From the NCBI GenBank assembly GCA_963767005.1, contig CAVYCN010000011.1, forward strand, positions 32,001 to 96,000: a stretch of 64,000 nt of DNA. The letters are read 5' to 3'. This document shows, piece by piece, positions 38,686 to 48,224 of this stretch (positions within the stretch are counted from its first letter, which is position 1; every line of letters starts with the position of its first letter). The position numbers and the translations under genes were made by a program. The stretch is from an uncultured Actinomycetes bacterium. GTDB taxonomy: Bacteria; Actinomycetota; Thermoleophilia; UBA2241. The notes below the pieces were generated by a model that saw only the letters and a program-made list of their open reading frames with translations, searched no databases and had not been told where the DNA came from.

Positions 38686-39960
38686 ATGATCGAGTACGTG
38701 AAGAAGGCGCCGCCCCGGCCCGAGGCCGACACGGCGCGGGTCCGCGAGGCTGTGGCCGGCATCCTGCGCGACGTGCGCACCCGCGGCCTCGAAGCGGTGC
38801 GCCACTTCTCGCGCACCTTCGACGGCTGGGACCCGCCCTCGTTCAAGGTCACCGCCGACGACATCGAGCGGGCCAGGGCCGCGGTCGCGCCCGACGTGCT
38901 GGCGTCGCTCGACTTCGCCCACGCGCAGATCGCCGAGTTCGCCCGGCGCCAGCGCGCGACCCTGGTCGACCTCGAGGTCGAGACCCTGCCCGGCGTGTTC
39001 CTGGGCCAGCGCCAGATCCCGGTCGCCAGCGTCGGCGCCTACGTGCCCGGCGGCAAGTACCCGATGCTCATGTCGGCGCAGATGACGATCCTCACGGCGA
39101 AGGTCGCCGGGGTCGAGCGCGTGGTGGCCTGCGCGCCGCCCTACGAGAGCCGCGGCCTCTTCCCCGAGATGCTCTGGTCGATGGCCCTCGCCGGCGCCGA
39201 CGAGATCTGGTGCCTGGGCGGCGTGCAGGCGCTGGCCCTCATGGCCTACGGCGCCGAGGGCTACGAGCCGGTCGACTTCATCGCCGGCCCCGGCAACATG
39301 TACGTCGCCGAGGCCAAGCGGCAACTCTTCGGCGACGTGGGCATCGACCTGCTGGCCGGCCCGACCGAGATCCTCGTGATCGCCGACGCGACCGCCGACC
39401 CGGCGATCGTCGCTGCCGACCTGCTCGGCCAGGCCGAGCACGGACCGACCTCGCCGGCGATCCTCGTGAGCCTCTCACGTGAGCTCGCCGCGGCGGCGCT
39501 CGCCGAGGTCGACCGGCAGTTGCGCGAGCTGCCCACCCGCGACGTCGCCGGACGAGCCTGGGCCGACTGCGGCGAGGTCGTCGTGGTCGAGGAGCCCGAC
39601 GAGGCCGTGCGCGTGGCCGACGAGTACGCCCCCGAGCACCTCGAGGTGCAGACCGCCGACCCCGACTGGTACGCCGCGCACCTGCGCAACTACGGCACGC
39701 TCTGCGTCGGTGAGGAGGCGACGATCACCTTCTCGGACAAGGTGATCGGCACCAACCACACGCTGCCCACCGGCCGGGCCGCGCGCTACACCGGCGGCCT
39801 CTGGGTCGGCAAGTTCCTGAAGACCGTGACCTGGCAGCGCTGCACGCGCGAGGGCGCCCTCGCGGTCGCGCCCCACGCCGCCCGGCTCGCCAGGGCCGAG
39901 CACATGCTCGGCCACGCCGTGACGGCCGATGTCCGCATCGACAAGTACGGCGGGCGATAG
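38686..39960 (+). CDS. histidinol dehydrogenase-family paralog (HpsN-like branch)
   Basis: YVPGGKYP, GPGN, GIDLLAGPTE, GQAEHGP and DKVIGTNHTLPT...YTGGLWV. Confidence 0.85.
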   Translation: MIEYVKKAPPRPEADTARVREAVAGILRDVRTRGLEAVRHFSRTFDGWDPPSFKVTADDIERARAAVAPDVLASLDFAHAQIAEFARRQRATLVDLEVETLPGVFLGQRQIPVASVGAYVPGGKYPMLMSAQMTILTAKVAGVERVVACAPPYESRGLFPEMLWSMALAGADEIWCLGGVQALALMAYGAEGYEPVDFIAGPGNMYVAEAKRQLFGDVGIDLLAGPTEILVIADATADPAIVAADLLGQAEHGPTSPAILVSLSRELAAAALAEVDRQLRELPTRDVAGRAWADCGEVVVVEEPDEAVRVADEYAPEHLEVQTADPDWYAAHLRNYGTLCVGEEATITFSDKVIGTNHTLPTGRAARYTGGLWVGKFLKTVTWQRCTREGALAVAPHAARLARAEHMLGHAVTADVRIDKYGGR

Positions 39961-40072
39961 CGAGGCCGGCGTCCCGGGCGACAGCAACAGGCAGACCGCG
40001 TCCAATGGCGACAGGCGCCGCGGGCGATAGACTGGCGGCGTCAACGCGCGCCGTCGCGCCGTCGAACGGGGG

Positions 40073-41053
40073 GTGTCCATCTCCGCGGTCTTTCTTGCCT
40101 GGGTAGGCGTCGCCTTTCTGGCCGCGGCCTGCTGGGGCGCGACCGTCATCCTCAACAAGTGGGTCCTCGACGACGTCGCCCCCGTCGCGGTGAACTTCTT
40201 CGTCGTGGCGGTCTCGACCGTGACGCTCGCCGCCGTCGCGGTGCCGCTCAGCCTCCTGCACCTGTGGCCGCTCGGACTGGGGATGACGTGGCGGGCGACC
40301 GGCTACATCTGCATCAGCGCGCCGGTCATGTGGCTCGTCGCCTTCAACGCCTACTTCTACGCGCTGCGCTCGGGTCGGGTCGGCGTCGTCGGGCCACTCT
40401 CGACCACCGACCCCCTGTTCACCGCCCTCTTCGCCACCCTGATCGTCGGCGCCACGCTCGGCCGGTTCGTCGTCGCCGGCCTGATCGTCACGGTCTGCGG
40501 CGTGATGCTGATCTCGCGCTGGATGGACGCCGAGCCGGACCCCAGCGCCCACCTGCTCGAAGCCGCCGTCGCCCCGGCGGGGACGGCGACCGCCGTCACC
40601 GTCGGGACCGGCGCCGTCGTGGGCCTCTCGCTGGTGACCGCCGCCGGCTGGGGTTTCTCGCCCGTGCTCGTGCAGCTCGCCGAGCGCTCGACCGGCGGCG
40701 CCACGACCACCCTCGTGCTCCTGGGCGAGGCGCTCGGCGTGGCGCTGCTCGCGCCCTTCGTGATCGCCCGGCGCGGCAGGCTCTTCGCGGCCGGCAGCCG
40801 CAGCCGCCGCGGCCGCATCGTCGTCCTGCTGGTCGGCGCCGGCCTGCTGAACGCCGTCTTCTCGGTCCTCTACTACGTGCTGATCGCCGAGATCGGCCCC
40901 GTGCTCACCATGCTGATCACGGCGAGCGCGCCGGTGTTCGCCATCGCCGGCGGCGTGCTGTTCCTGCACGAACGCCTGGGTCGCCGCCTGGCGCTGGGCG
41001 TGGCGGTCACCCTGACCGGCGTCTTCCTGGCGACCCTGCAGAACGTGCGATAG
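40073..41053 (+). CDS. DMT/EamA transporter
   Basis: Two EamA-like halves; FLHERLGRR. Confidence 0.85.
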   Translation: MSISAVFLAWVGVAFLAAACWGATVILNKWVLDDVAPVAVNFFVVAVSTVTLAAVAVPLSLLHLWPLGLGMTWRATGYICISAPVMWLVAFNAYFYALRSGRVGVVGPLSTTDPLFTALFATLIVGATLGRFVVAGLIVTVCGVMLISRWMDAEPDPSAHLLEAAVAPAGTATAVTVGTGAVVGLSLVTAAGWGFSPVLVQLAERSTGGATTTLVLLGEALGVALLAPFVIARRGRLFAAGSRSRRGRIVVLLVGAGLLNAVFSVLYYVLIAEIGPVLTMLITASAPVFAIAGGVLFLHERLGRRLALGVAVTLTGVFLATLQNVR

Positions 41054-41227
41054 GGGCGCCGCGGCCCGGCCAGCCAGAGCGGCGCCCGGTCGCACGTTAC
41101 CAGGGCAGGCGGCGCCCCAGCCCCCACGCCGGATGGATTCGCGGGACCTCCTCAGCAGACCCACAGTAAGCCCACAGACGGCGTCTCTAGCATGAGGCAA
41201 CGAACGCCATCACAGGAGGGAGTCGCG

Positions 41228-42718
41228 ATGCGACGTCGTCGTCTTGTCCTGGCCGTGGCGAGCCTCACGCTCGCCGCGGCCGTCACACTGGGAGCCTGCG
41301 GCGCGAGCGCCAAGAGCTCGGGCTCCAGCCCCGTCTCGAGCGCCTCGCCCCGGGCCCACGCGTCGGGGGCTCCGGCGGCGGCCCCGTCACCCGGGAGTAA
41401 ACCGCCCGGGTCCTCGGGCTCGGGCGGCGCGCCGCAGAAGCCGCCGAGCGGCGGCTCGGGCGGCGCGCCCGGCGGCTCCAGCGGCGCGCCCGGCGGCACA
41501 AGCACGACCGCGCAGTACTCGCCGACCGGCGCCTCCACGGTCACCAGCGGCTCCGCCAGCCGGTCGGGCACGATCACGGCCACGGCCGACGACGAATCCG
41601 GCGTGCTCGTCAAGGGCGGCTCCCTCACCCTGACGAAGGCCGCGGTGACCACATCCGGCGCCAGCAAGTCAAGCGACGAGAGCAGCTTCTACGGCCTGAA
41701 CGCCGGCGTGCTCGTCACCAGCGGCAAGCTCACCATGACCGGCGACTCGGTGACCACGAGCGGAGCGGGCGCGAACGGCGTCTTCGCCTACGGCAGCGGC
41801 AGCGCGATCAGCCTGTCCGGCACGAAGATCAGCGCCACCGGCCAGTACGCCCACGGCATCATGGCGAGCGGCGGCGGCACGATCCGCGCCAGCGGCCTGA
41901 CCGTGTCGACCGCCGGCGGCAGCTCGGCGCCGATCGCCACCGACCGCGGCGGCGGCACCATCAGCGTGACGGGCGGCACCTTCCGCAGCAGCGGCGGGAA
42001 CTCGCCCGGCATCTACTCGACCGGCAAGATCACGGCCACCAAGGCGAGCTTCGTCTCAACCGGCTCCGAGGCCGTCGTGATCGAGGGCGCGAACTCCGCG
42101 ACGCTCAAGGACTGCCGCCTCGCGACGACCATCGCCGGCAAGTGGGGCGTCATGATCTACCAGTCGATGTCGGGCGACGCCGCGGGTGTGAAGGGCCTCT
42201 ACACCCAGACCGGCGGCTCACTGACCGTGAGCGGCAAGGGCAGCCCGCTCTTCTACGTCACCAACTCGACCGGCGTGATCGACCTCGCCCGTGTGAAGCT
42301 GAGCGAGGCGAGCGGCGTGCTCGTGAAGGCCGCGGCCGGGCAGTGGGGCACGAGCGGCGCGAACGGCGGCACCGTCGCGCTCATCGCGAGCGACCAGAAG
42401 CTGAGCGGCGCGCTCGTCGCCGACAAGTTGAGCGCGATCAGCGTGACGCTCGAGGACGGCTCGGTCCTGACCTCGACCGTGAACGGAGCAGGGACCGCCA
42501 AGTCGATCAGCCTCACGCTCGGCTCCTCGAGTGTCTGGAAGGTGAGCGGCGACTCGCATCTGACGGCCCTGACCGGCGCCCGCATCAGCGGCTCAACGAT
42601 CACCAACATCGTCGGCAACGGTCACACGGTCACCTACTCGAAGAGCGCGAGCGCGAACAGCTACCTGGGCGGTAAGACCTACAAGCTGGCCGGCGGCGGC
42701 ACGCTGAAGCCGCGCTGA
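41228..42718 (+). CDS. surface lipoprotein with beta-helix-like Ser/Gly/Thr-rich domain
   Basis: Lipobox LGAC, PP-rich linker, SSFYGLNAG, IATDRGGG and GIYSTG; AGGAGG SD. Confidence 0.8.
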   Translation: MRRRRLVLAVASLTLAAAVTLGACGASAKSSGSSPVSSASPRAHASGAPAAAPSPGSKPPGSSGSGGAPQKPPSGGSGGAPGGSSGAPGGTSTTAQYSPTGASTVTSGSASRSGTITATADDESGVLVKGGSLTLTKAAVTTSGASKSSDESSFYGLNAGVLVTSGKLTMTGDSVTTSGAGANGVFAYGSGSAISLSGTKISATGQYAHGIMASGGGTIRASGLTVSTAGGSSAPIATDRGGGTISVTGGTFRSSGGNSPGIYSTGKITATKASFVSTGSEAVVIEGANSATLKDCRLATTIAGKWGVMIYQSMSGDAAGVKGLYTQTGGSLTVSGKGSPLFYVTNSTGVIDLARVKLSEASGVLVKAAAGQWGTSGANGGTVALIASDQKLSGALVADKLSAISVTLEDGSVLTSTVNGAGTAKSISLTLGSSSVWKVSGDSHLTALTGARISGSTITNIVGNGHTVTYSKSASANSYLGGKTYKLAGGGTLKPR

Positions 42719-42741
42719 GCGACCGACCTGAGCAACGGGTG

Positions 42742-42774
42742 GCCCGGGCCGGACGACGAGTGACCGGCCCGGGC
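42742..42774. terminator. hairpin between convergent genes
   Basis: gcccgggccgg-N11-ccggcccgggc. Confidence 0.55.
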
Positions 42775-42799
42775 TGTGAGTGGCCCGGGCGCGTGCCTC

Positions 42800-44392
42800 T
42801 CAGGCCTCGTCCACCGGCGACCCCGCCGTCGCGCCCACGGGGGCGGCGACGCCCGGCCCGATGGCCGCATCGGCGTCAATGGCGAGCAGGTCGCTCTCCT
42901 GTACGGCCTGGCGCGCCAGGTTGCGCTTGCCGATCAGCCAGAACACGACGCCGGTGACGATGAAGAAGGCGAGGGTGCCCAGGGTGACGGCCTCGAAGAA
43001 CACGCGCGAGACACCCCACGTCGACTCGATGTCGTAGCTCATACCAAGCATGTGGTCGAGCAGGCCGGGCCACAGCAGGGTGATCGCCGTGAGCACGATG
43101 ACCGTCTCGGCGAGCACCACGCAGACCCACAGGCCGACGGTGCCGCCCGGCACGCGGTACGGGCGCGGCCGGTCCGGATACCTGCGGCGCAGCGGGATCA
43201 CGGACGGCAGCATGAAGAAGTACATGAGCGCCGTCAGCGAGATGACCAGCGTCACCATCACGGTGAAGAAGTTCGCCAAGCTGCCGCTCGTGAGCTCGAA
43301 CACCAGCACGACGAAGACCGAGCCGATGATCGCCGAGACGACGTTCATGATCACCGGCGTGCCGGTGCGCTTCGAGAACCTGCCGAGCCACAGCGGGCCG
43401 GCGCCGTCGAGACCCGCTACCGCCTGCACGCGCACCGCGCCTTGCAGCCAGACGCCGCCGGCGCTGATCACGGTCAGGATGATGAGCACGCCGATCAGGT
43501 CGCTGAGCCCCTTGTTCACGCTGCCGTGCAGCACGCCGGCGGCCGCGAAGTACGCATCCGCGAAGCCGCTGACGTTGCCGATGCCCTTCAGCGGGATGAC
43601 GAGCAGCACGCCGAGGATCAGCGAGCCGGTGACCAGGCAGGCGACGATGCCGGAGCGTACGATCATGACCGGCACGTCGCGCTGGGCGTGCTTCATCTCC
43701 TCGGCGGCGCCGTTGGCGAGCTCGAAGCCGACAAACAGGAACTGCAGCAGCCCGATGAGGGCGAGGAAGCCGGTGACGGACGGCTTGACCGACGACAGCG
43801 TCGCAGTGCCGGCCGGCTTGCCGTGGCTCACCAGGAAGGCGACGACGAGCGCCAGGAAGATGACCAGCATCAGCAGGCGCACGATCGTGCCGAGTATGCC
43901 GGTCCACTTGCCCCACTTGAGCTCGACAAGCGAGAGGCCGACGATCGACCACACGACAGCGACGCCAACGACGATCGAGGGCAGCGTGCCCATCGGGTTC
44001 TTCAGGTAGAAGGTGTTGATCGTCGTCACGACGGCGGCCGCCAGGGTGCCGCCCATCCACACAGGGTTGCTCATCCAGTAGAAGACCGAGGTGAGCGCGC
44101 CGGCCAGGCGGCCGAACGCCATGCGCGGCCACACGTAGGGCCCGCCCTCGACCGGAAACGTCGAGCCAAGCTCGGCGACGATCATGCCGTAGGGCAGCAG
44201 CCAGACCAGCAGCACGACGATCAGCCAGAAGAACGTCTGGCCGGCGCCGTAGGCGGCGGTCAGGGCGATCGTGTCGAGGCTGATGAACGCGGCGATCGTG
44301 AAGAAGACGATGTCGAAGCGCGTCAGGACCTTGCGCATCTTGGTGCGCTCCCGGCCCATCGCTCCGGCCGGGTTCTGCTCGAGCGTGCTCAT
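42800..44392 (-). CDS. APC-family permease, candidate methylamine importer
   Basis: AELGSTFPVEGGPYVW, FVGFE and RPYRVP; starts 16 nt after the mttB stop. Confidence 0.9.
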   Translation of the reverse strand: MSTLEQNPAGAMGRERTKMRKVLTRFDIVFFTIAAFISLDTIALTAAYGAGQTFFWLIVVLLVWLLPYGMIVAELGSTFPVEGGPYVWPRMAFGRLAGALTSVFYWMSNPVWMGGTLAAAVVTTINTFYLKNPMGTLPSIVVGVAVVWSIVGLSLVELKWGKWTGILGTIVRLLMLVIFLALVVAFLVSHGKPAGTATLSSVKPSVTGFLALIGLLQFLFVGFELANGAAEEMKHAQRDVPVMIVRSGIVACLVTGSLILGVLLVIPLKGIGNVSGFADAYFAAAGVLHGSVNKGLSDLIGVLIILTVISAGGVWLQGAVRVQAVAGLDGAGPLWLGRFSKRTGTPVIMNVVSAIIGSVFVVLVFELTSGSLANFFTVMVTLVISLTALMYFFMLPSVIPLRRRYPDRPRPYRVPGGTVGLWVCVVLAETVIVLTAITLLWPGLLDHMLGMSYDIESTWGVSRVFFEAVTLGTLAFFIVTGVVFWLIGKRNLARQAVQESDLLAIDADAAIGPGVAAPVGATAGSPVDEA

Positions 44393-44408
44393 CTGCTCCC
44401 CCCTTGTC

Positions 44409-45878
44409 TCAGGCGACGCCGACCAGGCGGTCGGTGCGCTCGACGATCGCGTGGACGCGCGCGGCGATGTCCGCCGGCACGGGCTCGGGCCGGTACTCGC
44501 GCACGACCTCGCGGGCCTTCTCGACGCACGAGGCGTAGAGCTCCCGCGCGCCGCGCTGCTCCCACTCCTCGCGCACGCGGCGGTCGAGCACTTCCGGCTG
44601 TGAGAGCTCGCGCATGTGGCGCAGGGTGGCGTCGAGCGACAGGAAGTCGCCGAAGCTGCCCACGCCGATGATGTCGTCGACCGCCAGGCTCTCGTCGTCG
44701 ACGCGCATGCCGCCGATCAGATGCTTGATCATGCGGGCGAACTCGTTGTCCATGACGAACTGCCCGCAATCGAAGGTGACGCCCGATTCGATCATCCCCG
44801 CACCGTAGATCAGGTTGGCCCCTGCCAACGCTGCCGTCAGTCCGGTGAGGGTCTTCTCGTGACCGACCTGCGCGTCACCGAGCTTGGCATCCGTCTACAA
44901 CCCGGCAACGAAGCTCGGCAACAGGTAGCGGCGCGCCATCTGCGCCACCGCCGCGCTGATCAGGGCGATCTCGGGCGAGCCGACCGAGGCGGCCGCGAGC
45001 TTCAGGTCCATGGCCGTGGTCGACGAGCCGTACATGACCGGGCAGCCGCGCTCGGTGAGCTGCGCCAGCGTGATGCCCGACAGCACCTCGGCGTTATGGG
45101 TGACGAGGGTGCCGGCCAGCGTGACCGGCGAGGAGCCGCCGGCCATCGCCATGCTCAGGATGTTGTCGGGGATCCACCAGCGCGAGGATTCGATGATGAC
45201 CTCGGTCGCGTCGCGCGGGAGCTTCAGCGGACTCACCGGGCAGACGCCGCTGTAGAGGATCGGGCGCCGGCGGAGCTCGTCGGCGCCGCCGACGATCTCC
45301 GCCGCCATCTCGAAGATGGCGACGGTCTCGGCGCGCGACAGCGGACCGACGCCGATCGGCTTGGTCGTGTTCAAGAGCTGGACCTCGGTGTTGTGCACCG
45401 CGGCCGTCTCGGGCGGCACGTCTTTGGCGCCGACCGCGATCTCGTGGGTGTCGAACTCGGAGAGGTAGTCGTTCAGGCGGGCGATGTCGGCGACGTCCTG
45501 CTTGGTCGAGTCGCGGTACTCGCCGGTCTCGACGTCGATCACGCGGATGCCCTCGCTGAAGTTCGTGAAGGCGACGCGGCCCGGCTCCATCACGAAGTCG
45601 TTCTCGGGGATGCGCCCGTAGAGCGTGTAGCGGCTGGGTGCCGACGCAATCGCGTCCTCCGCCACATGCGGCGGGATGCGCACCATGTGCGTCTCGCGGT
45701 CCGCGACGCAGCCGCCGTCGGAGAAGATGTCGAGCGCCTCGTCGTCTTCGACGAACACGCCGGCGCGCTCAAGCACCTCGAGGCTCGCGAAGTGGATCTC
45801 CTCGACCTCAGACTCGGTGAAGACGCTGACGTGAAGACCGCCGCTGCGAGGCCGCCCGACGGACCGATTGCGCTTCAC
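44409..45878 (-). CDS. mttB: pyrrolysine-containing trimethylamine:corrinoid methyltransferase (in-frame TAG at 44895-44897)
   Basis: ORFs 44895-45884 and 44409-44828 are one frame: ...[49 protein letters not shown]..., matching the MttB Pyl context; also PVSPL, SMAMAGGSSPVTLAGTLV and GSPE; 489 aa with amber at codon 328. Confidence 0.95.
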
Positions 45879-45900
45879 ACGCACCCCCTCGCATCTGTTG

Positions 45901-45918
45901 CTTAGTCAGATAACTAAG
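45901..45918. promoter_or_regulatory. palindromic operator CTTAGT-N6-ACTAAG (copy 1)
   Basis: cttagtcagataactaag; 22 bp (45897-45918) identical to 49633-49654. Confidence 0.88.
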
Positions 45919-45924
45919 TCTGGT

Positions 45925-45952
45925 ACACTAGCAGGTGCGACCCCCCTGTCAA
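45925..45952 (-). promoter_or_regulatory. mttB promoter
   Basis: TTGACA, 16 nt ending TGC (extended -10), TAGTGT. Confidence 0.75.
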
Positions 45953-46064
45953 GCAGTGGGCGGCGCTCGGGACGACGGCAGGGGCGGCCGCCGGCAGGCA
46001 GGCTGGAGCCGGCGGCCCCCAAGGGCAGTGGCAGGCGCAGAGGCGGCCAGATATCCTCACGCAC

Positions 46065-46697
46065 GTGGCGAGGTACGAGATCCCGATCGAAGACCCGACG
46101 CCGCACCTGGCGCCGACGGCGGCGCGCATCCTCGAAGCCGCTCGGCGCATCCTGGCGCGCGACGGCTTTCGCGCGCTCACCTTCGCCAACATCGCCGCCG
46201 AGGCACAAGAGAACAACGCGCTGATCCGCTACCACTTCGGCAGCAAGGCCGGCCTGCTCGCCACGCTCATCGACTCGGTGCTCTACCTCGAGAGCGTCGA
46301 GCTGATCGAGGAGCTCGCGAGCGTGCCGCCCGGCGACGAGCGTCGTCGAGCGCTCTTCGGCCTGCACGAGACCTACGTCAAAGACATCGACGGCTACCAG
46401 ATGTTCTACGAGCTCATCCCGCACATGCTGCGCGACCCAGAGCTGCGGCCCCGCCTCGCCAAGCTCTTCGACTGGTACCGCAAGCTCGACGCCTGGGCCC
46501 TGGGCGCGCAACCGGGCCCCGAGCACCCCACCGAGCTCGAGCCGCTCGCCCTGCTCACGGTGGCGATCGCCGACGGCGTTGCCCTACAGGTGCAGGCCGA
46601 CCCCGAGCTCGACGTGCGGCCCGCCTTTCGCATCTGGCACCAGCTCATCCTGAGCTACCTCGACGACCACCGCCCCGGCGAGGGGCCGCAGAGCTAG
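46065..46697 (+). CDS. TetR-family regulator
   Basis: RILEAARRILARDGFRALTFANIAAEA...IRYHFGSKAGLL HTH; divergent from mttB. Confidence 0.93.
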   Translation: MARYEIPIEDPTPHLAPTAARILEAARRILARDGFRALTFANIAAEAQENNALIRYHFGSKAGLLATLIDSVLYLESVELIEELASVPPGDERRRALFGLHETYVKDIDGYQMFYELIPHMLRDPELRPRLAKLFDWYRKLDAWALGAQPGPEHPTELEPLALLTVAIADGVALQVQADPELDVRPAFRIWHQLILSYLDDHRPGEGPQS

Positions 46698-46754
46698 CCG
46701 CGTCGCGGCGGCTGCGGCTCAGAGCAGCGTCGTGCCGGTTGCCGCGGCGATGAG

Positions 46755-48224
46755 CTAGCCGCGCAACTCCGCGTCGGCCGCGGCGACGATGCGGCGCAGC
46801 TCGGCCGCCTTGTCGGGGGCGAGTGGTGCCGGCTCATAGTGGTCGAGGATGTCGCGGCCGCGCTCGCGCGCCACCTCGACGGGGTCGCGGTAGTGGGCGC
46901 CGTCAGGGCCGATCTCCTGGCCGATCGAGCGCTCGACCGTCTCCTTCATGTGCCGGCGCGTGTGCGGCTGCCCCAGGAAGTGCCCGCCCGGTCCGACCGC
47001 GTCGATCACCTCGAGCGCGAGGGTCTCCTCGTCGAGCTCGACGTCCCTGAAGACGCTGGCGGCGCGGTGGTAGAGGTCGTCGTCGAGCAGCATGTGCTCG
47101 GGCGTGAAGAGCTGGTAGCGGTTGGTGAGCCCGATCGTCGTCATGAGCTCGGAGCCGACGACGCCGGCGGTCATCAGCGTGTGGGCGGTCTCGGCGGCGG
47201 CCAGCCAGGTGCCGGGCAGGTCGTCGTCGGTGCCGGCGTAGCCGGTCATCGCCGGCAGGCCGAAGTGGTGGACGAGCTCGCCCGGCAGAAAGAGGCCGCG
47301 GTGGTTGAGGGGCGCCGTGATCAGGGCCGCCGTGCGCGGGTCGGCGTGCACCGGCAGCGGGAAGAGGATCACCGGGCAGCCGGGATGGGCGAGCTGCAGC
47401 AGCACCGTGGCGCTGATCAGCTCGGCGAAGCCCATGACGTAGGCCCCGGCCTTGGTGGCCGGCGCGGTGGTGCCGAAGGTCGGCATCGTCACGAAGCAGA
47501 CTGGCACGCCCGCTGCGGCGAACACCAGGGCCGCCTCGACACCGTCTCTGTCGTTGACGAGGGGCTGCACGGTGCCGATCAGCGCGCTGAGCGGGGAGCG
47601 GCGGCGGAGCTCGCCGGCAGAGCCGGCGACGACCGCCGCCATCTCGACCGCATACCGAGCTGCCCGCTCGCCCTGCACCATGCCCTGCAGGTGCTTGGCG
47701 GTGTTGTTCCAGCCCGCCTCGAGCTCGTGGAGCGTATGCGTGTCGCCGCACTCCGAGGCCGCCACGTTGGGCCACCAGAACTGCACCGAGCCCAGGTAGT
47801 CGATCAGGCGGGTGATGGCTTCGAGGTCAGCCTTGGTCGACTGGCGACGCTCGCCGGTGTGCCAGTCGACCACCTCGGTGCCGCAGCCGTTCGTCGTGTT
47901 GAAGGTGGCGCCGCTCGCAAGGTCGAGGTCGCGGTCGCGGTCGCGAGAGCCGAGCCAGAACCGGCGCGGCGCGCGGCCGAGCGCTGCCATGACCAGGCCG
48001 GGGGCGAAGCGCACGACCTGCGTGGCGCGCTCCACCCGCGCGCCGTGCTCCTCGAGGATGTCGAGCGCCTTGGGCGAAGCGAACCGCACGCCGGTGTGCT
48101 CGAGCACGTGCAGCACCGCATCGCGGTAGCGATCGAGGCGCTCGGGCGCGTAGAAGGTGACGGCAAAGTCGGAGCGCAGCGGCAGCAGCGGCTGCGGCAC
48201 GCTCAGGTCGAGCTGCGAGCTCAT
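46755..48224 (-). CDS. non-pyrrolysine MttB-superfamily methyltransferase
   Basis: VLEHTGVRF...KALDILEEHGA, QPL, GTTAPAT and VGPGGHFLGQPHT; FGLPAMTGYAG-TD places Gly at the Pyl position; ATGA overlap with mtbB. Confidence 0.9.
   Translation of the reverse strand: MSSQLDLSVPQPLLPLRSDFAVTFYAPERLDRYRDAVLHVLEHTGVRFASPKALDILEEHGARVERATQVVRFAPGLVMAALGRAPRRFWLGSRDRDRDLDLASGATFNTTNGCGTEVVDWHTGERRQSTKADLEAITRLIDYLGSVQFWWPNVAASECGDTHTLHELEAGWNNTAKHLQGMVQGERAARYAVEMAAVVAGSAGELRRRSPLSALIGTVQPLVNDRDGVEAALVFAAAGVPVCFVTMPTFGTTAPATKAGAYVMGFAELISATVLLQLAHPGCPVILFPLPVHADPRTAALITAPLNHRGLFLPGELVHHFGLPAMTGYAGTDDDLPGTWLAAAETAHTLMTAGVVGSELMTTIGLTNRYQLFTPEHMLLDDDLYHRAASVFRDVELDEETLALEVIDAVGPGGHFLGQPHTRRHMKETVERSIGQEIGPDGAHYRDPVEVARERGRDILDHYEPAPLAPDKAAELRRIVAAADAELRG

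Noticed and set aside
44895-44897. mttB and mtbB as nonsense pseudogenes
   Set aside because: Each has a single TAG at the conserved Pyl position, intact downstream halves, intact promoters and operators
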